Source of the DNA: Massalongia carnosa
Lineage: Eukaryota
Length of the DNA: 64,000 bases
Assembly: GCA_965645245.1 (NCBI GenBank)
Contig: OZ287069.1
Location: 1,736,001-1,800,000 of the forward strand
Direction: 5' to 3'
Part shown: positions 14,598 through 27,670 of the stretch, in pieces
How the letters are laid out: each line of letters begins with the position of its first letter
Numbering within the stretch: the stretch's first letter is position 1
Translations under genes and position numbers: made by a program
The notes under the pieces: generated by a model
The model's database searches: none
The model's input: only the letters and a program-made list of their open reading frames with translations
Told to the model about the DNA's origin: nothing

Positions 14598-16736
14598 TTA
14601 TCGATGAGGGGGGGGAGCGTTGATCTGGCTCTTGAGCGAGGTAACTTCCTCTTGAAGCCGATCCACTCTGGTTTCTAGGCTTCTCACATACGCCCAGAGC
14701 CTATCAGTAGAGCCCGAGCCATAAAGGCTATGGTCCCCGCTGGCGTGGGGCCCGGTACTATGACTCGAGAGGCTATTGTTGGTCGAAGACGTGTTGTTGC
14801 CTACTTGCGAATGGTATCCAGGAGAACCCACACCGCCGCCAGGAGTGGGATTCGAAGGCCCAGGGCCATGAAGGCCACCTTGTGTGCTAGGATGCATGTG
14901 CGCCGTTCCTGGTGCTTGGCTATGTAAAGTAAATCTAGAATCAGGGGGGGTCAGGCCAGGCAAAGAAGGTAAGTGTGGGGCATTGGAGTGGCTTGAGCCG
15001 GGTATAGGTGGAGGAAGGCCCATAGGTGGCGACGTGTTGTGGGTAGTTGCCCGCCGGCCGTATTGTTGATGTCGAAATGGCTGCGTCAGACTGGGGGATC
15101 TATTCCGATGGATGCCGGAATCTGGATGTCCGGGTGACAGCGGCTTGGGGCTCTCCGTTATCCCACCTTGAGCGAAAACGCCGGATGCTTGGTTTGGGAA
15201 GGCTGACGGTCCGCCTCCAGCAGAAATAGAAACGCCAGATGCTTGGTTTTGGAAGGCCGACGGTCCCCCACCGGCAGAAATAGGGTACTGGTTGAGCGAA
15301 GGTTGAGCTCCTTGGGTTGGCGTAGCGCTTGAGCTTCCTCCATGACCTGCGCCTGGAGGGTATAGTCCTCCTGTAGGCGGGTGAGAAGCGACAGGAGGGT
15401 ATGTACTCGGTGGCCTCGCCTGGTATGTGCTATGGATATCAGACATCTGCTGCCGATGGCGGGGCTCCAAAGGCGCTTCGTGTTTTCGTATGCTGGGCAG
15501 ACTCGTTCCTCGGGCATCGACACTCTCCGAATCCTCATCCATGCGTTCGGGTTCGTGTGATGCCTCTCCGGTATACATTAGGTTCGGCATGCTATTGTCC
15601 TGACCAGCGCCTTTGATTCTCTCGTCGCTTCGATCGTCGCCTCCAAAACTGCCCATGCTAGACCGCCTACCTGCACAGCCACCTTGGCCTTTATTGTGTC
15701 TCGCCAGTGCATCACCACGCGCAAAACTACGATCACATTTGGGACAAACGTGTGGTCTTTCGCCCGTGTGCAGTTTAGTGTGTCGTTTCAGATCATGTAA
15801 GCGTCGGAAGCGCGAATCACATGTCTCACACAAATACGGTTTCTCGTGACTGTGGGTCAACAGATGGCTTTTGAGGTTATGATGACGGGTGAAATCCGTC
15901 GAGCAGTAAGGGCATTTATGCTTCTTAGTAGAAGGAGATCGTGGGCTACCTAATCCGGAATGCGGAAGACTCATTCCGCGTCGAGTGTCAGCGACCTGCG
16001 CGCTCAAGAGGGGACCGGGAAAGGTCATGGCCTTGTTAGAACGGGCGCTGTCTGGGTCTGTTCCGTTACCACCTGAATTCCCATTGCTGCCGTGGCGCGA
16101 AGCAGATTCGTCATCATTTCCCATGTTGTCGTTCATCCGGCCTGGGCTTGCCACCGAAGCGCCATTGGTGTTGATTGCGCCCATTGTCGTGCTCTCTAAA
16201 GTGCCAAAACTTGATGTACTTACTGGGCTTGTCTGTAAGGTCCTCTCAGCATGAGGAATCTCGGGTACTTTGACTGCCGACGCCACGGCAGCCGCGGTCT
16301 CGCTCCTTACATTGGCAGCGCTGGGTGCATCATGAGCGCGGCTTGTACCGCTAGATTGAGCACGTAAAAGCGCTCCTACAGCGTTCCTGGCTGGATTGGG
16401 ACTTATTTGTTGGTTTTCCGAATTTTCGTCCTCTTCCCGTGGCCGTTTCCCATCTGCCATAGCTGCCGCTCTTGGCAGCGGTTTTGGATAGTAGTGCGAA
16501 AATGTGCCTTTAGGTGAAAGTGATAATGGTGGTGCCCTGAGCCTGGGGATATCGATGGGTGCAGCAGGATCGGTGGCAGATCGCCGCCGTTTACGAGGAC
16601 TACTGGGCTTGAGAAAACTCGAGACCTCACCCACGGTAGAAAGGGGTGGAGCTGAGATGGTAGAAAGCGTCACGGAGGCCGCTACGAGGCCGGTGGTTGT
16701 ATCTGGCGTTGATGCAGTGACGGTCGTCTCTGCCAT
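14598..16736 (-). CDS. C2H2 zinc-finger transcription factor (three fingers, C-terminal coiled coil)
   Basis: Single 712-aa ORF with fingers CPYC..FTRHHNLKSHLLTH, CETC..FRRLHDLKRHTKLH and CPKC..FARGDALARH, a TGERP linker, and C-terminal LWAYVRSLETRVDRLQEEV. Confidence 0.92.
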   Translation of the reverse strand: MAETTVTASTPDTTTGLVAASVTLSTISAPPLSTVGEVSSFLKPSSPRKRRRSATDPAAPIDIPRLRAPPLSLSPKGTFSHYYPKPLPRAAAMADGKRPREEDENSENQQISPNPARNAVGALLRAQSSGTSRAHDAPSAANVRSETAAAVASAVKVPEIPHAERTLQTSPVSTSSFGTLESTTMGAINTNGASVASPGRMNDNMGNDDESASRHGSNGNSGGNGTDPDSARSNKAMTFPGPLLSAQVADTRRGMSLPHSGLGSPRSPSTKKHKCPYCSTDFTRHHNLKSHLLTHSHEKPYLCETCDSRFRRLHDLKRHTKLHTGERPHVCPKCDRSFARGDALARHNKGQGGCAGRRSSMGSFGGDDRSDERIKGAGQDNSMPNLMYTGEASHEPERMDEDSESVDARGTSLPSIRKHEAPLEPRHRQQMSDIHSTYQARPPSTYPPVASHPPTGGLYPPGAGHGGSSSATPTQGAQPSLNQYPISAGGGPSAFQNQASGVSISAGGGPSAFPNQASGVFAQGGITESPKPLSPGHPDSGIHRNRSPSLTQPFRHQQYGRRATTHNTSPPMGLPPPIPGSSHSNAPHLPSLPGLTPPDSRFTLHSQAPGTAHMHPSTQGGLHGPGPSNPTPGGGVGSPGYHSQVGNNTSSTNNSLSSHSTGPHASGDHSLYGSGSTDRLWAYVRSLETRVDRLQEEVTSLKSQINAPPPHR

Positions 16737-17465
16737 CTATAGCGAATGAGAAGAAGAATAAGAATTGAGTTGGAGTTGGAAGCCCAGATCAATTGTTCAT
16801 CGGAGTCGGAGTCGGAAGAACAGCCGCCAGAAGATAAAGGCAGGAGGAGGACCGTGGCATTGCCCGGTTGAGGCTTGGACCCAAGGCGACGGTGTAACGA
16901 GAGGGCAGCCAGCTGCGATTACCCATGCGCAGTCACAGCGAGGTTCGCAATGTCACCAATGACGACCAAGTGTCGAAGAACAGGTACTCCAAAAGGCCCT
17001 GGACAGACGTAAAGAGTGGAATTTTACTATTTTGACAATTCTATGTCAGCCTTGAAACGCCGCGCATGCGAGCTCTTCTCAGACACTCTTGCTGTACCTT
17101 TTTTTCCTTCAAGCTTTTCCTTTCACTTGGGTTTCCATGACTGTATGTGGAAGAGTTGGGAGAGATTACATGCGACAAGGGTGAGGCATAAGCAAAGTCG
17201 GTATCTGAGGGCGGCGTGTGGGTTGGGGTGAGGAAAGGATCATAAATGGCGAAGCTGGGTTTTGGTGGATGGTACAGAGTACAGGGTCAGAGTAGTGGTG
17301 GTACTCCGTACATTTCGAGGGGGTGGTGTGGATGGAGAGTGATGGCATGTGGCTGGGATTTAGGCACTAGTGGCTCAAGAAACATGAAGCTAGTGAGTTT
17401 CGAGACTAGCACGAAGTAGCTTCACTTTAGCTCTTCCGAGCAAATCCATTTTCTCCCCCACCAAA

Positions 17466-17509
17466 TACCGAGTACAGAGTACCGAGTACAGAGTACCGAG
17501 TACAGAGTA
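17466..17509. repeat. Tandem repeat (TACCGAGTACAGAG)x3
   Basis: Three perfect 14-bp units, each built from two alternating 7-mers. Confidence 0.9.
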
Positions 17510-20500
17510 CATACTTACCGCCAACACCACTCCCACGTGATTCGATATGGTACCTACTTCCTACACTAGTCCACCAGTTCACCTCGCAATACAACGGAGA
17601 TATGTCCCTTCACTCACCCCTCGCGAATCAGTCATTGGTCGGTCTGGACTCGCCATATGCTGAAATAGCTTCCAATTCAAACCATGTCGAACGCACGGAG
17701 TACTAATGTGGCGTATCATTAAGGGGCTTCGAGGGGCAACCCCATCGGTGGCGTAGATGTCTCATCTAAGTGTTCAAGCTTAACGCCCGCTACGGGGTAG
17801 TCGTCTACATTGTAACTGGTAGCAAAGACACGAGAACAGCAGAATAAACTTAATACAGTGTCGGGCTCTCCGCATCGCAACGGAAACCATGACCTCACCC
17901 GGACAACTATCGATCCACCTAGAAAAATATGAAGCCTATAGTCCAGAGTGATGTCCCACGAGTCCCAGTCAGAACCGCAGCTCAGACGTTGATCTCTCTA
18001 TCAGTGAACATTGCCCAACCCAGCTCCACCACATCCCTTACAAACTACCCCTGATGATTATCAACAATCGATGGTACACCAAAGTCCAGGTACAGAAACT
18101 TAGGGTTGGCTTACGCATTACTTTATCATTGCTCAAGAATAGATCCAGAGCACTCAATACCGTGGAAGGTGTTTGATAAATCATATTGGTCAGCATGTGT
18201 TACTCTGATCCTTCACCATTTCCCTATCGAGTTCAACAGCTGCCTGGCTTGGTTTGGCCCTGCCTGGTCGTATGCTCCTGGGAGGTACCTAGGCCCCATC
18301 AAGCCCGTCCGTTATTTATATACCATGCAAGCAAGAACAACGGGGACAGTGTCTGATCAACAAGTCTTGCCAATAAGGCAATGTGCCTTGCTTACCCTAA
18401 GGGCCACTCATCTAAGTTGGGGAAAGTACCATATGTAGATTTATGGTCCTTTTTCTCACTTACATGATGGCCGGTTTGCTGACCTAACCCACTGATTGAT
18501 GAAATATTAACACAAAGATCCACTTCTGCTGTGGTTAGACAACAATCATCCCCAAGTAGCGAGTGATTTGGTAGCAGTTCCAAACACCATGATAAATCCC
18601 GTACAGCAAGGACTCAATCAGGAAGTTCTAGCTGCTGAGATTCAATAAACTAAACTTTGAGGAAATGCAATTTCGTAAGGTAGTGTTTATTGTTAACAGA
18701 AACGGTTGGTAGATGAAATCCTGGCCAATGCTTCTGTAAACCTTAAGACAAGAATGAGTAGTATTACATAGTCTTTGAACTAGAAAATGCACAATCAGAC
18801 ATCAAAAAACGGCTGAAGTTCCTAAGTTTCTTTTGCGTAGGCTGAATAAAAAACTTGATTCTTTCTGAGTACATATTTTGGAAAATTCAAGGGAAGATCA
18901 ATATGACAATCAAGCTTCATTCTCCACGACAAGATCCTAGTTTTACGTACACGGCTAACATTGTAGCAAATACCTATTCGGCCGCACAAATATAAAGGAG
19001 AATGGAGAGAGATTTATACAGAGGTAAACTCATCGATTATATCCTCCGACATAAGTCGCAGGAATAATCGCAGAACAGAGATTACGAAACGATACAATAG
19101 ACTGTATTTGTGTCGCCCTGCTCGGTTTTTCCTCTTCGGTTTAGTATATAAAAAATACCGAGTACTTCTGGGCGACACGAGTATTTGTCGAAGTGGAATG
19201 TTCTAAGTTCTACCTAAAATCGACTCGACGAAGGATCGCAGATATGGATCTTTGCTTTTTTTTAAAAAGAAAATTTTAAATAATAAAAGAGACATGATCA
19301 CAACCATACTTGCTGCTAACGGGCCGAATATCTTTCTTAACACGTAATTTCTGTCACGCTCAACAGCTAGTTCACTCGCAGGCGTGTTCGAATAGAACTA
19401 GAAGAGTCCTAGAGATTCGGCAGCAGCCCCTAGAAGATCCCTGGATCTCAACCAGCCGATCAGGGCGGGAAGTACTCCGTACTCTGTACTAGACTGCATG
19501 CTAAGCTTTCTTCAGGTCATGGAACGCATGGCGCAAAAGGGGGACAACGGCCATTGCGATTAGTAGTTCGGAGCGGTAAGGTTGCATTGCATGAAGATTG
19601 GTTGGCCTCGGCAGGTCTGGAGAGTTTGTGTTCCCAGCTCCCTTCTTTTCAACTCAGTGTTCTAGATTCCTCAGAGAGGGCGCGAACTGATGTTTCCCTC
19701 CCTTAATGCATGAAGGGGAGTGAAAACAACTGGAAGGGATCCCGAAGCTTCTGCGAAGTTATATTGCGTGCACAAACTTATTATTTGATGTTTTCGTTCA
19801 TTTTCGACATAATTACGGTGCCCAATCATAAGTTCAGAGTACTTGCTCTGTGCTTGATACGAGTAGGAGCTTAGTCTGTCCTCTTCGTAGGTCATTTAGA
19901 GTGGTCCCGGAAGGATGTATTCTGGTACAGGGTACTCTAGAGGTACTTCGGGGACATCTGTACCCTTTACCTCCGTCCTTCCTGCGCGTTGAGCTTGGGT
20001 ACCGGGTAACAATCCCCGAATTAACGTACTGTGTACTCGATGTGATTCGGAAGGAGTAAAAGCCTAAGGTAATTAACTTATCGATATCCTATACAGAGTA
20101 CAGAGTACAGAGCAATCACGGGATATCTTCATACCTCTGCACCGGATGATAGAGTACTCACCATACGATGGCAGGCGCAACCCATGGGCCATTGAGGTCG
20201 AGTCATGTAAAGATGTTCCTACTTGCGGACCGGGACTCCAAGATCGGGGGTCTCGGGATCAATACGGGCGTAAACTGTACTTCTTCGGCTCTACTTGTAC
20301 CTTGGACTATCCAGGTATGGTAAGGTGTGTATCTTGTATAACTCTTCACTAGAGATCTGCGATAAGCAGATGTTTCGGGCCACGGCATGAACACTCTCAA
20401 TGAAATCAACTTCTCACTTCACAGCGCAGAGTATGTGGTGTAGGGAAAGGGTGGGAATGCTTCAACGGAGCACGCTGGATCTTTTTTATACATGTTCCTT

Positions 20501-20787
20501 TCCTTTTCTGCCAGCCCGTCTTTCTGCCGCACTTCGAGCCTGATCCCAGTAACATAATCACAATCAAGTTAAGGCGGGCGGAACCATCCTCCAGTCGCCC
20601 CGTCATGCTCAAAGACACGGCTCGCTTACAGCTTGCCTTTCCTCACGCTATGGTCGATCACCCGTTTTAGGGATCTTTTCACATTGAAGTACAGACCCCC
20701 TTCCCGTCCGCTGCTCGTTCTCGGACTCATGTCGTGCTCCCTACGACTTCACCTTCCTCACACGGAAAACTGGCGACTCTTGTCGCA

Positions 20788-22588
20788 ATGGACATCATCG
20801 CGAAGCGTCATTCTGGCCATGACTGGGGACCTATCAACCTGGATCGCCTGGGAAAGGCGTACATATCGATCGCCGTTTTGTCAACACTGCTCTTGTTTGG
20901 CGGCATAACATGTCTGCTCGTCTACCGCCACCTGCATTTCATCCGGATACGCAATATCACTTTGATGATCAGCTCCCTCTTGATGATGCACATTTACCTT
21001 GTCATTGTCCTTATAAACTATCCGCTGAATGGTTCGTTCCCCTGCAACCTGGGCTATTGGGTCATGAGTATCCACTTTCCATTTGGAGTCGCTCTCTTCC
21101 AAGCGCAAAACATACAGCTTCTCAGTTTGAGCGTACTTCAGAAGGAATTGACATTCCAGCCCGCGAAGCCAAAGCCAAGGTCTGACAGAAGGTCCCGTTA
21201 TCCTTTACATTTAAAGATCAAATGGAGGGATTCTAGCCTACTTTACCGGATGTATCTTTGCATTGGTTTATGTGCTGTAATCCAGGTGAGTTGCAGCAAG
21301 TCCTCGGATATACCATAATGAGCCAATTGATTGATTGATTTAGTTGTTGGTTGTTCTTCTTATATTTCTTACCTCTCGGAAATTTCACACCTTTGGCGTC
21401 ATCTCGCGAGTGGGAAATGCAGCTTCGTGCCGAAAAGGCTGGGAATGGTTAGTAAATAGAAGTTGGCCTCATGATCTGACCTTTGGCTAACAGATCTTCA
21501 ATGAAGGATCCCTTCGGCACTCTGGCAAGGCCTATGGACATATGGATTTGGGCCCTGGCTTCTCTATAGAATAAGAGAGATCGACGATACCCACAATTGG
21601 AGACTACAAACTTCCTTAGCAATAGCTTTTTGGTGAGCAAAGAACCTGACGTACCGAATCATAGGCATGCTAACAGCTTCCTTATAGTCTACCTGGACTT
21701 CCCTTATGGCTGGCATCCTTGTACTCTTCTGCTTTTCACCAAGTAAACTATTGGTGGCCACCAGCCATGTGGTAAGGCAAATGAATAGGTAGCGGCTTAA
21801 TCTTTGTTGATCATTGACCTAGGTATGCACCCGGTCTACTCATGATGGAAATCGTCACAGTCGTCTTCCCATTACATGAGGTGTATAAAAGTAGTCGTCA
21901 ACAAAAGGCAACCTCGGCCGCCATCATTGAATGGGAGAAGCGAAGCCACGAGCTGGAGTCCCTGCAGTCGATTTTATTACGAGATGGCTCGCGAGACGAC
22001 ACGGAGCGTCAGGGTAAGAACGAGATGTGCAACATGCAGGCGTTAGAAAGAGCACTGGAGCTAAACGCAAGAGAGCTTCTTGAATTCGCCGCTACCAAAC
22101 AATTTACAGGGGAAAACATTGTTTTCTTGACACGTGTTAGGGCGTGGAAAGAGCGTTGGAACCGGGTAGCGCTAGCAAAGACGCCAATGCTGCCAGAGGC
22201 TAAGAGTAAGCTCTTCGAGGCTGGTAAAGAGTTGTTTGATCGTAATATTAGCCTTCATACCTCGCAGTTCCCCGTCAATCTTGAAAGCAAGATCTACCGC
22301 CAACTCGAGAGTATATTCGGGTCAAAGTATCCCTTGTCGCCTGGCTCTATCATTACTCCCTTTACGGAATTCTGGGTCGTTACCGGCAAACGGGAATCCA
22401 AGGCAGGTTTTGAAGATATCACTCGCGCCGATGATGACATCAAGCAGGGGCCTGGCATCGAAACGCTAGCTGTACCTTTTGGGTTTGACGGTCAAATATT
22501 CGACCAAGCTGAACGCTCGATTAAGTACATGGTTCTCACGAATACTTGGCCACGATACCTGGACTCTTTGTCTCGAATCTCCGCTTGA
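20788..22588 (+). CDS. GprK-like membrane protein: multi-TM (7TM-like) N-terminus fused to an RGS domain
   Basis: Hydrophobic helices (exon 1: FPCNLGYWVMSIHFPFGVALFQAQN) followed by RGS motifs FAATKQFTGENIVFL, FPVNLESKIY and FDQAERSIKYMVLTNTWPRY. Four introns at about 21286-21343, 21448-21506, 21633-21687 and 21772-21822. Confidence 0.85.
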
Positions 22589-22918
22589 TCTTGTCTCCAT
22601 CTTTACCCATTTTTTCGGTTGGCCCGTATTCCGAGATCCTCCGTGTTGGGATCTAAAAGTAATCTGTCCGCCCTTTGACAATAGTTTGCGATAAAGCTTG
22701 TATCAGACTTCCAGAAGTACAAGCAGCAGCGGTACACTTTGCTAAGAGAGCGCATGTCTGTACTTGGGAGTTGACAAAGGAATTGTGTTTTGGCTGGGTA
22801 CATGCATGGCGGATTTGGTTGTGCTTTGAGAAATCCTATATTCCTTAGGCTAGGGCCAGGTTCGCAAAGGTGTCAATGGTGCTGCGGCTATTTTCGAAAA
22901 GATGAGGGCTTCCTGTTA

Positions 22919-24846
22919 ACCGTGCGACCGAGGTAAATCCGATGGACCGCACCCGGAGCTACGCTCCAGGTGCGGCTCACCTCCATGACGCTATCATCTC
23001 CATGACGCATTTCTCAAACTATTTACATTATATCCATTGATTGACCCTTTCAAAATGAAGCTATTCAAAATCAAAGGCTGACGTTCATCTATCCAGCTTT
23101 CGGCCTTTTTACCCACCAAGCCAAACCGTTTAGCTATCGCTTTTCCATAGAGAAATATTTTCTTTTGTCTAGCCGTCTCAGCACGCTTTGACGACCCTCC
23201 TCCCTTTCCACCTCTTCTTGGGTACGATGTAGGTGATTGTGCCTCACATCTCGAACGGTAACGATTCCTCCCTTCTGAACAACAGTGCCAGCAAGCTTTT
23301 TTCGGGCCCTTTTAGCTAATGCAGCTCTGTGTGTGGCTTGCAAGTCGCGTTGCGTCAATTCTAGTAAATTAGCGTTTGCAACCGACCCTTTGATAAAACG
23401 TCGCATTCTTTCTGGAGTAATTTCTTCATTATTATTCATTCGCCGAATAATGTTTTCCCCTTCCTTAGCAACGTCTTTGGGCTTTTTGGGGGTATGAGGT
23501 AGGATTATTGTCTCCGAAGATGATATTGGTAGTGGTGGTAATGCCGGATTTAAAGCACGAATTTTGGTCAAGACTACCTCCGGATTGTAAGGTATCAACC
23601 CAGTTTTTTCCCAGGCTGATTTAATAGTAGATGATTTGAATGCCTTTGTACGAAATTGATTGAATGCGGCCAGAAAATCCAGACGATTGAAGTCAACGTC
23701 ACCCAACCGAATGGCGTTGTCAACCGCTTCAGCATGATAATGTTTCATTGGCTGAAAAACACCAACGTCCAATGGCTGCGTCAAATGGGTTGAATGGGGG
23801 GGTAATCTGAATAAACAGATCTTATTTTCTTTCGAATATTCCCAAAATTCATACGTTAGATGAGATCCATATCCATCCAACAAAAGAATCTTAAACGCTC
23901 CTTTTTGAACATTTTTTTAATGAGCATTAAAATGCTTTAACCACTCTACTGCTAGACTATCATTCGAATAGCCGCTATCGCTTGTAGTCAACACGATATC
24001 ATCTTTCAAATCTTTCTCTAAGGCCCATTTGTGAAGTATTTTAACCCCTTTCCAAATAAAAAAGGATAGAACGCTTCCGCCAACTCCATTGATGCATTCG
24101 ACCGAAGTTATATAGTCTCGATTGTCTGGATCAGCGATCATAATTCGTTTATGTGATGATAGTGTCACCACCAAATGGGTTACCCCACAGCCAACTCGAA
24201 AGCCTGTCTCATCCATATTCCATATATCATCTGGAGTTATACCGAGAAGGGCTACAGTCGATTGAAATGAAGAGAAATAAGTTTGAATATCCGTTACATT
24301 GTGAGCGTTTTTCCTTTCGGCTGCTAATGGCTTGCCTTTTTGCATGAAAAATTGGGGATTTCTTTTCAAGAATCGTCCGGTCCAGGATTTTCCTACGCGG
24401 GTGAGAGAAGATGAAGACGAGGAAGGATGTTGCAATTGCAACAAATAATTAGCTGCACCGCGAATCAATGGCAATCTCATTGATAATTCAATATCATCAA
24501 GAAATTCAATATACTCCTTCAGGGCTAGTTCTAGTGCAGCAGACAGCCTCATATTGACTGCTTTTCGCTTGCTATATTCATGTAGTATTCTTTGAAATAG
24601 ACGAGGTGAAATATTGAATTCTTTGGCACAGGCTGCGACTGATTTGTATGTGTTCTTTGCAAATGCATCTAAGGCCTTTGCAATGTTAGCCTCTCGTTTC
24701 TTGTACGAATCAGACATGATGTGGTTGAATAATAAATGGTTGATGATAGATGATAGAGATTTTTTAAAAATGCGTCATGGAGGTGAGCCGCACACCTGGA
24801 GCGTAGCTCCGGGTGCGGTCCATCGGATTTACCTCGGTCGCACGGT
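22919..24846 (-). mobile_element. pogo/Fot1-family DNA transposon, copy A (defective)
   Basis: TIRs start ACCGTGCGACCGAGGTAAATCCGATGG; TA TSD at 22917-22918 and 24847-24848. Near-identical to 36166-38108 in opposite orientation. Confidence 0.95.
22994..24717 (-). pseudogene. pogo transposase pseudogene (copy A)
   Basis: Same protein as 36309-38033 but with a TAA nonsense codon at 23919-23917 and a 1-bp deletion near 23190. Confidence 0.92.
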
Positions 24847-25516
24847 TAGGCGCGATTGGCGACTGGTGGATGCTCATGCTCTATACGCTGCATATTATAC
24901 CACGACTATGGACTCAAAACAGACTTTATCTAAGCTACTAAGAAGCACTAGGGCAGTGGTAGCACCGCCCTAACCCTACCTTCGTTATGTTTCAAACATG
25001 CAGATGTGTTGGATGTCGTCACTGCTCTATGCTGTAAGTTTATGCAAGATTTGTGCCTTGAAACCTGAAGATATTTGTCAGTGAGCTGGAAACCTTATAT
25101 CATCAACATGACACTATTATAAAGAATATCAGAGATTATGACTGAGTACGACTAACGGAAAGGTGTTTGCGTGTAACTAGGCGTAAATGAAATAAAAGTT
25201 TGGAGATGTGCTCCAGGGGTTGGATAAAAGATGCGTGAAAAACGATGCTGGAAAATTCGATGTCTCATGATGCTTCCTGCGCCTAGAAACTTAGGAGCGG
25301 TTTTGCATGGGAATCAATACCGGGACACCCCTTTTCACTACCTTGACACCCCATTTCACTACCCCCAAGTAAGCTAACCAAATCGAGTATAAATTTCCCT
25401 CGGGGGCAGAAATAACTGGAGAAAACATGCTCGATTTGCTGAATTCAGGTGTGTTTTAGACAGTCATTTGATGCTTTCTCGATGATTGTTTCATTGAATT
25501 GGGCCTCATTTCGTGT

Positions 25517-27630
25517 TTACGTTTGAAAGACCTGGAGCAAACCCACTCCATCTACTTCAATTGATTGAATAGCTTCACCGGAGGCCACCCCTTCACCTTG
25601 TGACTGCCCTCTGCCCCGTCCTCGCCCTCGCCCTCGCCCTCGTTCTCGACCCCGCCCTCGCCCCCGCCCTCGCCTCGGAGGCCTATTCAACACCTCCTCG
25701 ACATGTTCGAACCCTGATAACTCCCGTTGAGTAGAGTTATCAGCCTCCCGTTGAGCTCTTTCCGATTGTAAACGCATCGCGATTGACGGACGCCCTCGGG
25801 GTCGGGCTACTACCTCGGGGTCGCGCACCAATAGCAAAGGATCGATGACATTTGGAGGTGGTGATTCGTGGCGATAATAAGCCCGATCAAGGGGGCGCTG
25901 AAACCACCATTTGATGTGAATGTCGTCGCGCTGAAGCACATTGGGGGCCGGGCCAGAAAGTCGAACCTAATTGCAATAGAATTAGTACGTTTTCGGGGCT
26001 ATTTCCTTCAGTTTATCAACTTTCCTGGATTTCATGAGCACATGGTAGCCCCATTGTTGCTCGAAATGCCCCGGTGCATAATGAAAGAGGGGTCGTTTGA
26101 TCCAAAGGACGTTCGTAATGACTATGCACCTTCAACAATGCAAAAGGCGTGATATAAGCCCTTACATCGCTGTAAAGAGGTCTTCGTAGTCGGGTAGGAA
26201 AGCGTATTTTAGCCTCATCCAGTTTTATCACGTACTCTTGATGCTGATTCTTTAGTAACAAATCAATGTTGTCAACCACCGTTTTGAGATCACCGGTAGA
26301 AAATTCCAACTGATGTTTCAAGACAGCATGGCCCCCCTCCACCCTAGAGGTAGCAATATTGTCGAAATGAAGAACTTTGTCGACGAATGCCTTGACGAAT
26401 TTTCGTTTATATGGGGCTAGCCATGTGTCTACCAGATACTGCACTTCCGCTGAATGATCATGTGAATAAGCATCATTCAGAGTGTCCCAATTGACCTCAT
26501 ATTCCTCTTCAGTCTTTGAATAAACCACCGCATGCCACATAATTTCGAAGGCCATCCAGTCATCGTCGGAATGAGCACTATGTCTAAAAACAGGTTTCCA
26601 ATGCTCCTGAACATTCCTGTGAATATGCCACAAGCATAACAAATGACGTGTGTCAGGAAACACACTGTAAATAGCGGCCATGAGGCCAATGTCTCGATCG
26701 GTGACTACTACCTTTGGATAGGAAATATTCAGCATTCGATAAAGGGTTTTTAATTGTTGAAGAAACCAAACATAGTCCTCTTTACGTTCTTGACGAAGAA
26801 AGGCAAACCCCACATAAAATGAGGTGTTTAAGGCCGTTGTTCCCATTGTTGATATCAATGGTAATTTGTATCTGTTGGTTTTATAGGTGCAGTCCATGAT
26901 TAACACGTCGGGGTTGGTCATCAGGGTGCTTTGACAGGATCTTTGCTGAAATAAAGATGTGTTATGCGATCGAGATTGTCTTTGAGATAAAACGAATTCC
27001 TGCTGCAATTTAGTATGTAAACATTGCATCTTCTCCGTACATACCAATGAGGCCGATTTAACTCCTGCATCAACGCCTGAATGGGAGTCAGTCGTCCTAG
27101 TGCCTTGTGTCGAATTTCCGCCTTCGCATTGTAAATATCTTGTCGCTTGAAAAGAGGATTATTGTCATTTATATCGTCAGTCTGACCGAGCCGAAGAGAC
27201 GAAAGGATTTGACTCGGTTTCATTTGCACCTTCGTTAAGCGCACAATTTCATCAGCTATAGCTGGGGTGATAGCAAGTTTTCTGAGCGATGGATGAGAGC
27301 CTTCCACGTAGCAGAGTGATTGTGGCCTGGATTTCGAATATCGCGAACTATCCATTCATCGTCTTTAGACTTGACCACTACAGAGAAAGGACAGTCAATG
27401 GTCCTGGAGGTTCCATGTAAGCGTTTCTGTCCTCGAGGCTGACGGTCCTTTCGTCCTCGGTCGCAACAAATATAACATGTGTCTATCAATCCAGTGGTCG
27501 CACACTTTTTGGTGCGAAGCTGGCAGACAGCATACCCCTCAGGGCCTGCGTGTTTTTGCATGGCGACAAGAAGAAGATTGAGCGATCCATATGTTTCGTT
27601 CAGCATGTAGGTGGGAGGGGCAAGATTCAT
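25517..27630 (-). pseudogene. MULE transposase pseudogene (FAR1-like DNA-binding domain, MULE DDE domain, SWIM-like C-terminus, RG-rich tail)
   Basis: Motifs CDRG..DCPF..HNH, MDCTYKTNRYKLPL, VVTDRDIGLMAAI, HLLCLWH, TSRVEGGH and CTGAFRATMGLPCAH. Frameshifts at about 27305 and 26941; likely introns 27044-27000 and 26024-25967. Confidence 0.9.
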
Positions 27631-27670
27631 ATTGATAGCTAATTAGTTAATGTGCATGCAATGACGAATA

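Noticed and set aside
18975..19330. TATTCGGCC / GGCCGAATA inverted repeat as MITE ends
   Set aside because: Only 9 bp, does not extend, and no TSD.
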